Below, in pieces: positions 54,201 to 64,000 of a DNA stretch of 64,000 nt. The DNA comes from Mytilus edulis. Taxonomy: Eukaryota. Position 1 is the first letter of the stretch; each line of letters begins with the position of its first letter. The stretch lies in contig NC_092347.1 in NCBI RefSeq assembly GCF_963676685.1, positions 29,140,001 to 29,204,000 of the forward strand. The letters are read 5' to 3'. Under the pieces are notes generated by a model. The model made no database searches, was not told the origin of the DNA, and worked only from the letters and a program-made list of their open reading frames with translations. Both the position numbers and the translations under genes were made by a program.

Positions 54201-57100
54201 ATAGCTGATTTTACAGAGTTATCTCCCTGTAGTGTTAGGTACCACCTTAAACAATCAATTTAATGAAAATAGACCAGTCGTTTACAGAAAATAACATTGA
54301 AATTTGTTTGTAAAGTTTTAAACAGCCCACATGATAAAGAAAATATTCATTTCTCAAGCCTATTATTCATTCAACAAAAAAATGAGAAATATGTTTCTGG
54401 TTTTAATCATCAGTTATGGGGTGGAATAATTGATTGATAGTTTATTATTTGTTGAAAACTAATTCTCTGTAATTTTTGTGAGTAAAGGTTTAAAAACAGT
54501 GAATTTAAATATTTAAAATCATACAAAATTCTTGTATAAAGCTTGTATGCATAAATGATATCTGGTATCCATATAATTCCTTTTCCCTCAATCCTTAAAA
54601 ATTGATATCCTGGAAATATCATTCACAATTATGATTATGCATTTGTCCAAACAGTTTCATGAAGAAATGGTTTCAGGTTGATAGATCATTCAGTGAAAAT
54701 AGTTTTTTTTTAAAGAACAGTTTTTAATTTGATAGAATTTTGAAACAAAGTCTTATGGCAAAGAGATTGTGAAATACATGGTATTTGCTGTTTTCATGAT
54801 GTATTTCACAACTTGTTATAAACAAGATAACAACACAAGTTAACCAACAAGACAACAAAACATTAAAAAAAAAAATCAAGAAATAATAATTCGCTGTTTA
54901 ATTGTTAATTGTTAATATAAAGAAAACAATGTATTACAATACACTGTTTAATACAGAAACTCCAACAGAGACAGCTTCCAGAACCTTGAAGTTAATAGCT
55001 AAAGCCTTACAGAACTTAGCCAACCTTGTAGAATTTGGTGCAAAGGTAAGATTTATTCAGTTCTGTTCACTATTTACAATTTTTTCTGATTCCAATATGT
55101 ATGACATGTTCCTGGGCTATCCGTCACCACAAAAGATGGACACCAAAAGTTTGGATAGAAAAAAAAAAATTCTGACTGTACTTCAATATTTGTTCAGTTA
55201 TTTTGCCATCTCAGTACTTAAAGGTAGCGGGAAAATATGTATTAAAAAAAATTAGCATGTATTAAAAGCAGCTTTTAATAGAACATGGTGGATCTTACCA
55301 GTGGTTGTCCAGAAGTATTTTTTAATTTGAAAGGTTTTGTTTTGTATCCTAGTGTGATAGATGGTACAGGAAATGTTTAGATTATTGAATAATATCAATG
55401 ACTCTCACGATGTGAAAGGAAAAAAAAACTTTCTTAACTGACACAAAATGAAAAAAGTGCATCTAATGCTAATCAGCTCATTACATTATAAAACAGATTT
55501 CTTTTCAAACATTGAAGTCAAGTTCTATATATTATACTTTCTGCTTGTCAAAACTATTTTGTTATTTATTCATTGGATTAATGTTAGGACTGTTACTACA
55601 GAGTAACATAATGAATAATTCAATTCTTTTGTTTTCAGGAATCGTTCATGGAAGTTATCAACCCATTCATCAAGAAAAATAAGCCAAGAATGGTTATGTT
55701 CCTAGATAATCTATCTGTAAGTTTTGAGCATTTTTCCTGATTTGGAAATTAAAATCAATCTTAACAAATATTTTGTGTGGTAAAATCTCTATATATTCAA
55801 TTCATATTATGTTGATCTTCCATTAATTTAAACCAATTATATCTTTAGCCCTTTTAAGCCAACTTAATATAATATTCTCACAGGTTATTAATAAAAAAGT
55901 TAGATATTGTTATAATTTTAAACCATTCACTGCATCCTTAATTTAAATATTTGTTAAACCTTGAATTTTAAGATAAACAAAGATCAGATCTGTGACAGCC
56001 AGACAACAGAATCGGTAGTGGACGATCTAGCCAGAGATTTGGCTACGGTACATCAGATATGTGCCACACACCTAAATGATCTGAAGAAACTCAGTGAAAC
56101 AATGGTAGGAATAACAATTTGGTTCATTATCATAGCTAAATACTTTCATTTTATCATTGACAATTATAAATTTTGAATTTTGAATTTGACAATGGTGTAA
56201 AAATTTGTTTTCAATAGTCGAGAACATAATACAACATCATATTTAATATCTATGACAACAGCCAATATAAAGATAAGAATAAGTGGTATGATTTACAGTG
56301 TGAAGTCTCCTTTAGACAAAATGACATAGACATTAACAACTCAGTTTATGATTAACTCTACAAATCTATACATTGACATTACCTTAAAGTTCAGAAATCA
56401 TCAAAGCTTAATTGAGGAATCAAGTTTTTTTCTTCTTCAAACTGAAATGTATTGATGCTAATTCAAAAGTTAAACACACATTATCAGAAACATAACATTT
56501 GTAATAGGTCAACATTTCAAAGTAATAGAAATAATGATTTGATTTTTTTTCTTTTATACTTACAACTTCAAATTTTGGTCTAAATATACTATTTCAACAA
56601 GTTTGTTATCTCAACTCTTCTTAAACCACACAACAGAATTCCATGACACCCTGTTGATAATTAGGACATATTATGTTGGTGTGCATAGCATTAGGAAATT
56701 ATGATTCAATTTTGTTAATAGGAGATACACCATTTTCAACTATTAATGTTGTCATTGCAACTCTTCTGATACCTCACAATAGAATTTCATGAAACTTTTT
56801 AGTTAGTGTGGACATAATATGTAGAGTGCATATCCACAAGAAATTTATTATCAGATGATTTTTACATGAATTAGGAATCTTTGAACTTTAACAGGAAGCC
56901 CATGAGGTTTTGTTTTACGCAGTAACAGTGTGGGGGAGTGGGGATGAGTGGCTCACAATTGTTCTTTAGCTTATACTGTACTTGTTTATTTTAATTGAAA
57001 AGTCTTAATTTAACGTAATTATGATTTTCAGCCTTCATTAAAGCAACTGGTTGCAGTTACAGAAATTTTGACAGATCACAAGAAAAGATATATGACTTGA
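30284..57100 (+). CDS. RASA1: Ras GTPase-activating protein 1 (p120 RasGAP): SH2-SH3-SH2-PH-C2-RasGAP, 926 aa, 24 exons
   Basis: Exons 30284-30459, 35228-35377, 36079-36214, 36525-36595, 39361-39478, 39852-39936, 40442-40586, 41349-41424, 43349-43487, 43838-43920, 44475-44548, 44998-45088, 45669-45910, 47765-47841, 49290-49465, 50179-50338, 50879-51021, 52018-52133, 53117-53203, 53899-53966, 54957-55045, 55639-55716, 55973-56104, 57032-57100. All introns are GT-AG and phase-consistent (2781 nt). Motifs: APPENRWYHG, YLVRES, TDELSF (SH3), FLVRPS, KKWKNMFFVL (PH), PHPYCIV (C2), arginine finger TLFRATSLA, GFVFLRLLCPAILNP, AKALQNLAN. Confidence 0.96.
37175..39128. mobile_element. Non-autonomous TIR element with large inverted subterminal tandem arrays (foldback/CMC-EnSpm-like) in RASA1 intron 4
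   Basis: Ends gtccagtgcacgatgttt / aaacatccttcactggac with AT on both sides. Left array of ~90-bp units at 37190-37890; right array of related motifs in inverted orientation at 38530-39110; central spacer contains a dispersed repeat. Confidence 0.72.
40695..41060. mobile_element. Degenerate non-autonomous element with long subterminal hairpin
   Basis: tgatatttatccactc...gacagtt / aactgtc gagtggataaatatca inverted repeat (about 40928-41030); layout similar to 9153-9484. Confidence 0.4.
41619..42961 (-). mobile_element. 5'-truncated non-LTR retrotransposon (LINE, probably RTE-X-like) in RASA1 intron 8
   Basis: Uninterrupted frame about 42961-41771: end of RT (WCLKVNIRKTKVIIF, YKYLGVHF), LRISAHKLQIEVGR, and CCHC-like RICKKC...EDEIHFLTNC; 3' UTR with AATAAA and a (TGTTC)4 tail at 41619-41638. 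Confidence 0.85.
45120..45402 (+). mobile_element. Short HINE-like fragment with (TCTG)n
   Basis: gtggggtatactgtttta, tctgtctgtctg microsatellite, 3' gtgaacagtagcttgcagtttaatttgtt. Confidence 0.5.
46002..46505. mobile_element. 504-bp MITE with ~60-bp TIRs and 8-bp TSD
   Basis: catcttcactagccaagggtta... / ...taacccttggctagcgaagatg; ATAATACT at 45994-46001 and 46506-46513. Confidence 0.82.
46938..46981 (+). ncRNA. Minimal type I hammerhead ribozyme, copy 1
   Basis: gcgtca-CTGATGA-gtctt(atg)aagac-GAAA-cgcgca-TC-tggcgt; stem I gcgtca/tggcgt; predicted cleavage after C46975; one mismatch in the palindromic stem III. Confidence 0.85.
47293..47336 (+). ncRNA. Minimal type I hammerhead ribozyme, copy 2 (more degenerate)
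   Basis: gcgtcg-CTGATGA-gtct(tatgt)agat-GAAA-agcgg-GTC-tggcat; core intact, stems I-III mutated; predicted cleavage after C47330. Confidence 0.7.
48116..48892 (+). mobile_element. Intact HINE (Helentron-associated) element family A in RASA1 intron 14
   Basis: 5' subTIR agctcacct with nearby gtgagct, (GTC)n microsatellite, 3' subTIR aggtgagc and 3' hairpin aggctc-ttta-gagcct, inserted at TT. Confidence 0.8.
48985..49262. repeat. ~26-bp minisatellite (agtagtaaactgtttatgtttgtcac) just upstream of RASA1 exon 15
   Basis: About 10 degenerate tandem units. Confidence 0.8.
53981..54250. mobile_element. Kolobok-like MITE
   Basis: Imperfect TIR ggttgtacccaacac / gtgttaggtaccacc, with TTAA on the right and TTAG on the left. 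Confidence 0.45.
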
Positions 57101-59058
57101 TGAAAGAAGAACTAATTGTGAATGTGTTCAAATCCTTATTCGATCACTTGTAAAAGTGAATCTGATTGGTTCATTAAGTGTAGTTCACTTATAGAGCAAC
57201 TGATTGGTTGATTATGATCCACTGGTTTCCTAGCATTACCTTTATGTTGAACCAGTATAGGCTGTGATATAACAGTAGTGGCAGATTAACATTAGCTTTA
57301 AACATTGGCCACCATTGATGCATTTAACAGATTTTTTTTATGTCAAAGCTGTGATCTTTAAGAATTCAAAAGGCCTTCAAAACTTATTTTCTTTTCAAAT
57401 TATGTGTTTGAGTGAACTAAATTTAAGTGTTAGCTTAAAAACATAAATTCTTTAAAGATATATGCTACTTTATGGAAGCAATCTTCATTGTAAGAATAAT
57501 GAATATTATTAAGAATTCACTCATAAAGAAAGGGAAATAACTTATGTCGTGCTCTGTTTTGAAATTGGTCTTTGTATTTGTTTATTGATAGCATTGTTGT
57601 TAATGTATGACATAAATGATGAATTGGTGCCTCAAGCTTATGTGTTCAAATAAATGTATTTTTTCTGCCTGTGATACTGATTTGTAAGTGCTTTAAACTT
57701 TTATATTTCTCATTACATTATTGGAAAGATAGAACATTCTGATATCCAATTCAGGCAACTTAGATATCCTTTAACTAAGAGCCTCCTTTTGATACTTTTT
57801 TCTCTACCTGTTAATCATCCTAAACATTAAATTCATTTATAAATCATGTTAAATATCTATTGTCCCAAAGAGATTTCTGCTACATTTTCATCTGCAAAGG
57901 AAGTAAATTATATGAAAGTTTTTAATTATGTGTATATTTTAATCTATTTTTTTATCAGATTTGTTATAAAAATCACAATTTTTTTTTATGGATATTTTTA
58001 TTTAATAACTTTTCAGACTAAACACTTATTGGTACTGAATATTTATTTTATGCTGACCAAATCAATTAAATTGTCATAATAAAGGTATACATAGCACCAT
58101 TTTGGAATAATATGAAATAAGTGCCTTCTTATTACATGCAAGGTACTGAAAACCCAGCATTTGCTTCTACTACGGAAAAGTATTGAATTGAAATTGCACA
58201 CCAACAGTATACAAGAAAAAGGCAGCAACAGTCACTTTAGTTTGCTGTTACTTTACAAGGTGGAAGTCATTTAAATAATTCCTGTAAATTCATTATTATT
58301 CATGGAATACCAATTTATGTGGATTTCGTGGTTTATAGGTGGACCATGCATGATTTTCAATGTTTTGTAAAAATAAAAAAAGTCGATATGCAGATTTCAG
58401 ATATAAAAAAAATACAATCTTTTTTCTCAATCCACCAAAAAATTGGTGCCCACTAAAATATAGAATCTACAATAGTGGGTTTTGGCATACTTGGAAGATG
58501 TCTGTAGTTTGAGACCACAGTTCATAAATGTAATATTAATCAGCCAACTTGTTTGTAGTTCTATACAAGTCTTACATTGTAGCTTTGAAACAAATTCAAA
58601 CTTAAAAAATATTTTATTTGCTAATAAATGAGAGAGATAGCAATTAGGAAATGTTTCAAAATGAAAATTTGTTTACTAAGCCATGTTTTACCTGTAGTTT
58701 CTTTTCACATTCACACATACCAGAATACAATTCTAATATATGTTCTTTATTTCCTTATAGTTTTTGATGTCCATGTTAACATTTAGTCATACCACATATC
58801 TCCTGTCTCTTATACAAACTGTTTGAAAAAAAGTCATAAACCTGTGCCAAGTTAATAAATTATCATTAAAATAAGCCTGTGTCTAACATTTATTGTCTGT
58901 TTAATATCAGGGAATCCTTTCATATGTGGGCTGGCTCATGTCTTTATTAATGTCAAAATTCCTACAAGGAAACAACAATTAATTACTCTGTTAATGATAG
59001 AATTGAAAGTTTTTCATGATATAGAAATAAGCTTTAATAAGTCTTCATATGCTTGATT

Positions 59059-60032
59059 ATTTATTGCAAACCCAATTGTACCTTTCCATAGATTCACCTG
59101 ATAGTTAACTGACCATTTAAACTTTTGGCAGTTAGTTCTATTGTCCCATTCAACAAATACAACAGGTATAATATTTGTTCTCTGTTTAGTTTATTCACTG
59201 GGACCTTTAAATTTCTTCTAAGAGAAATCTATCACTCATTGATAAATCTACCTCAGTAAAAAAATTATCTGCTAAATTGATGGAAATAACATGTTTACTA
59301 TTAATTAAAAACTGTATATAAGTTTGAATTTAATTATATTTTCAATCTGTTGAATGTAAACACTAAAATAAAACATTAATAAAAGTTGATTTCTGAAAAA
59401 AATCAACATTATTCCTATTTCAAAAAAAAATTGGCAAAAAAAACCTAAAAATGGTGATGTTTATATATTTATGCCTTATAAGTATTCTATAACTAAACAA
59501 AAACTAGAAAATGCAAATTTTGACAAGAACAATACTTATTTTTTTTTAAACCAAACTTTTTATGGTTAGATTAGTATTTATTTTGAACAGATTGAAAAAA
59601 ATATTATTAATGTTGAAAAAAAAAGTAAAAACACAAAAATACTGAACTCCGAGGAAAATTCAAAAAGGAAAATCAAAAATCAAAAGGCAAAATCAAAAGT
59701 CCAAACACATCAAACGAATGGATAACAACTGTCATATTCCTGACTTGGTACAGGAATACACACAAAATCATATGCAGTTTTTTTTATTAATAGTAAACAT
59801 GTTATTTCCATCAATTTAGCAGATAATCTTTTTACTCAGGTAGATTAATCAATGAGTGATAGATTTCTCTTAGAAGAAATTTAAAGGTCCCAGTGAATAA
59901 ACTAAACAGAGAACAAATATTATACCTGTTGTATTTGTTGAATGGGACAATAGAACTAACTGCCAAAAGTTTAAATGGATAGGTAACTATCAGGTGAATC
60001 TATGGAAAGGTACAATTTGGTTCGCAATAAAT
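59059..60032. repeat. Long inverted repeat: ~260-bp arms (59059-59319 and 59770-60032) with a ~450-bp spacer
   Basis: For example tacctttccatagattcacctgatagtta and its reverse complement taactatcaggtgaatctatggaaaggta; few mismatches along the arms. Confidence 0.88.
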
Positions 60033-60689
60033 TGAAGAAAAATTAAACAAAAATACACTCTTGTATTATAAATGCTTCTTGTTTGAAAAGTCAATGTCCA
60101 ATTTTGTTGTCGGGTAATCATACCACAAAAGTTCTTGGTCTAGGAATATTATATGAAATTTGATCAAACTTTTTATGAAAGTTTATCTACTAACATTGTA
60201 GTGTTAATTTTTAGATGATTTATAGATTGTCATTTGCATTTGGTTCTAGAAACTCTCTAGACTAAGTTTTAGGAGGTTTCCCTTTACATTCGGCATTGTC
60301 GTACAAAGACGCTTTTTTTGCCAGTTTATAACATTTTTATGTATGATAAAGTATGTTTATGAATTTCTAACATTTCTGTACATATGAAAACATAATTTAA
60401 TATTTATATTTGACTTTAATTTAAATCCCTTAAATAAATTATTGATTTTTATTTGATTTATTATATTAAGAAAGTACATAACAGTCATATAAGTTAGCTA
60501 TTAAGGTAAAAATAGATTTTTTTTAATGATATTTTGTAATATTTTAAAGAAGCACATGTGCAATATTTTAATTAAAGTGTGCAGTCTCTGGCTGCTGAAA
60601 TACATAATGGTTGTTTTCTATATTCTGGATGTTTTCTGGATTCTCATTGGTCAATATCCATATTGTTTCTGCTTTCAATCGACAATGCA

Positions 60690-60945
60690 GGGGCATTGTA
60701 GGCTGAGTGGTCTAAGTACAATGTAGTTACAACTGTAATCACTAGGCAGTCAACACTGAGGTTGTGAGTTGGAACCCTGCTCGTGTGTGTGCACTCAACT
60801 CAAATCTTTATTGACTAGGATTGTCAGATTTCATAACAAAGGTATGTGTTTTTCTCCTGGCACTATGGCTTCCCCCATCAATAAAAAATTGCCCCATCAA
60901 AATAGACCAAAAGTGGTGCTTAAAATTGGCTTTAAAACACCAAAA
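60690..60945 (+). mobile_element. Degenerate tRNA-headed V-SINE-like copy
   Basis: A-box-like taggctgagtgg, B-box-like gagttggaacc, decayed core tgtgtttttctcctggcactatggcttcccccatc. Confidence 0.45.
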
Positions 60946-61235
60946 GTCAAATCAATCTACAATGCAGCATCTTTTCAAACCTTATAATACACTACTGATT
61001 ATAAGAGTCTAGTACAACAAGACAGTTCTACATGGATTCCGGATGAAATTTAATCTTAATTTCATCTGTCTGAAAGTACGTAGCTAATCTAGATCAAAAT
61101 TCTAAAGGAATATTGTATGGTTGATTCTATATTAACATTCTTTGTGAATTTAAACAAAGGAAAAAACATTGCCCCCAATTTTTGAATTTTAATTATCCAT
61201 CTAAAAAAATATTGAAAAATCTTACAAATTTTCTT

Positions 61236-62284
61236 AACAAGAGTGCACACGCTGAAATGTCTCACCTTCTTTACCAATCATTGATATCATGTTGATAGTC
61301 CTAAATATAAAGCTTTATTACAACTGTCACATAAACTTAACATTAACCATGAAAATGAGGTCAAGGTCAGATGAACCATGACAGGCAGGCATGTGCAGTT
61401 TACAATTCTTCCATACAACAAATATAGTTGACCTATTGCTTATAGTTTAAGAAAAACAGACCAAAACACCAAAACTTAACACTGAGCAATGAACCGTGAA
61501 AAGAAGGTGAAGGTCAAATAAAACCTGCACAGCTGTCATATATAGATCATAAAATATTTCCATACACCAAATATAGCTGACCTATTGCATATAGTATTAG
61601 AAAAAAGGCCAAAACTCAAAAACTTAACTTGACCACTGAACCATGAAAATGAGGTCAAGGTCAGATGACACCTACCAGCTAGACATGTACACCTTACAAT
61701 CAATCCATACACCAAATATAGTAGACCTTTTGCATACAATACAAGAAAAACAGACCAAAACACAAAAACTTAGCTATAACCACTTAACCATGAAAATGAG
61801 GTCAAGGTCAGATGACACCTGCCAGTTGGACATGCACACCTTTCAGTCCTTCCATACACCGAATATACTAGACCTATTGCTTATAGTATCTGAGATATGG
61901 ACTTGACCACCAAAACTTAACCTTGTTCACTGATCCATAAAATCAGGTCGAGGTCAAGTGAAAACTGTCCGACAGGCATGAGTACCTTGCACGGTACGCA
62001 CATACAAAATATAGCTATCCTATTACTTATAATAAGAAAGAATTTAACATAAAAAAAAAACTTAACTTTTTTTCAAGTAGTCACTGAACCATGAAAATGA
62101 GGTCAAGGACCTTGGACATGTGACTGACGGAAACTTCGTAACATGAGGCATCCATATACAAAGTATGAACCATCCAGGTCTTCCACCTTTTAAAACATAA
62201 AGCTTTTAAGAAGTTAGCTAACGCCGCCGGATCACTATCCCTATGTCGAGCTTTCTGCCACAAAAGTCGCAGGCTCGACAAAAA
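61236..62284 (-). mobile_element. HINE-like element family D, full length
   Basis: Colinear with 16907-17842 with a different number of internal units; same termini. Confidence 0.75.
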
Positions 62285-62629
62285 CTTGCATAAGCTGTAA
62301 AGAAATTGCATAGGGCTGATTATTTTCAAAAATTCATCAAAAAATTGAACATTTTTTCTTTCATTACAAATTTATTTATTACACTATTAGTTGCTACTTT
62401 AATCCGTAACCGTAGACTCAATTTTTATTGTTACATTCGTAATTAACCGGTTCCTTACCCAACCTTGCATTTCGGCAATTAGTCTGCAATGTAACAATAA
62501 TATTTTTCTTATTGTTACACTTCCATGTAAACGTATCCAGTGCCTTATTATTATGACAAGAGCATGGACATGTATCTCTGATAAAAAACAGCTATGGTTT
62601 TTTTTCACTTTTCAAATACATTGTATCTT

Positions 62630-63705
62630 TCACAACTGTGGGCTAACACAGTGTTGCTGAAACAACTATGGGCAAACTGGCAGAATGGCTGAAACGACTA
62701 TGGGCGAACTGGCAGTCTGGCCGAAACAACTGTGGATAGTTTTTGGCAGTGTTGCTGAAACAACTGAAAGCGAACTGGCAGTATGACCAAAACGACTATG
62801 TGCGATTGGCAGTGTTGCTGAAACAACTGCGGATGAACTGGCGGTATGGCTGAAACGACCGTGGGCGAACTGGTAGTGTGGTCGAAACAACTGTAAGTGA
62901 ACTGGCAGTATGACCAAAACGACTGTGGGCGAACTGGCAGTGTTGTTGAAACAACTGAAGGCGAACTTTCAATGTGGTCGAAACCACTGTGGACGAACTG
63001 GCAATATATGCAAAACGGGCTGAAACGACTGTAAAACGTTTTTTTGGCGATGTGGCTGAAACAACTGTTTTTAAACTGGAAGTATGGCCAAAACAATTTT
63101 GGGCGAACTTGCACAGTTGCTGAAACAACTGTGGGCGAACGACTATGAGCCAAATGACAGCGTGGTCCAAACAACTGTAGGCGAACTGACAGTGGAGGTG
63201 AAACGACTGTGGGCAGTTTTTGGCAATGTAGCTGAAACAACTATGGGCGCAGTAAGACCAAACACTGACTGGGCGAGTTTCTCGCAATGTTGCAGAAACA
63301 ACTGTAAGCGAACAAACATTGGCAAACTATCAGTATGGCTTAAATAACTGTAGGCGAACTGGCAATAAGGTTGAAACGACCGAGGGCCAACTGACAGTCT
63401 GGTCGACACAACTGTAGGTGAACTGGCAGTGTGGCTGAAATGACTGTGGGTAGTTCTTGGCAGTGTTGCTGAAAAAACTGGAAGCGAGCTGGGAGTATGG
63501 CCAAAACAATTGGGCGAAATGGCAGTGTAGCAGAAACAACTATGGGCGAACTAGTAGTATGACCGAAACGACTAAATGTATGGGCTGCATGTTTTGGTGA
63601 TATTGCCGAACAGGCATGTCTTTTGGCCGAAACGACTGTGGGATTTTTTTGACAGTGTTGCCGAAACAACTGTTGGCGAACTGGCAGTATGGCCAAAACG
63701 ACACT
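62630..63705. repeat. ~30-bp degenerate tandem array (ggcgaactggcagtatggccgaaacaactgtg)
   Basis: More than 30 degenerate units; accounts for the overlapping low-complexity ORFs at 62666-63798. Confidence 0.85.
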
Positions 63706-64000
63706 GTATCTGTTCAACCTGAGTGATGTGGTTCTTTTTGTTTGGATGCCAGACAAGGGAAGAGTATCGACGACTGGACGGGAAAGTGGTGTGTACATGA
63801 GGTTTTTAACTTGACGTGTTCAGTGGTTTTTTTATAAGTTTATACGAAGAGATGTATAGCATAACACTTTTCACGATTAAAATTCATTTGCCAGTCCTGT
63901 TCCCATTGTGCTAAACTAGATAAATCTTTTTCAAGTAATTGTGCATCAGAATTATTATTTACATTTCTTACAATAGGCAGTCATCTGCAACAAGTCTTGC

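Noticed and set aside
57160-57212. Two ctgattggtt (inverted CCAAT) motifs after the RASA1 stop as an antisense promoter
   Set aside because: Short motifs with no other supporting promoter evidence.
62630-63798. CRISPR array or protein-coding ORFs
   Set aside because: Contiguous degenerate units without unique spacers, no cas genes, eukaryotic context; the ORFs are repeat artefacts.

Overview
AT-rich eukaryotic (animal) genomic DNA with GT-AG introns. The repeat content suggests a bivalve mollusc, probably a Mytilus-like mussel; this is an inference, no database search was run. Three spliced protein-coding genes can be assembled by hand with consistent intron phases. (1) The last five coding exons of TICRR/Treslin (+, 471-6221). 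(2) A 5-exon, 295-aa divergent caspase-like C14 protease with no prodomain (-, 19828-27093); it has SSHG and QMCRN catalytic motifs but apparently lacks the S1-pocket arginines. (3) A complete 24-exon, 926-aa RASA1/p120 RasGAP (+, 30284-57100), head-to-head with the caspase-like gene. The non-coding space is dense with mobile DNA: a nested stack of Helentron-like (HINE) elements containing a decayed 3.7-kb Academ transposon, several MITEs with clear TIRs/TSDs, a tRNA-headed V-SINE, a 5'-truncated LINE with an open ORF, and minisatellites. The most notable RNA-level signals are a form-2 SECIS element directly behind a Penelope-like (Naiad-type) RT C-terminal fragment (21141-21207), and a 355-bp retrozyme bounded by two minimal type I hammerhead ribozymes on the sense strand of RASA1 intron 13 (46920-47373). 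Most short ORFs in the supplied track are spurious or are exon fragments.
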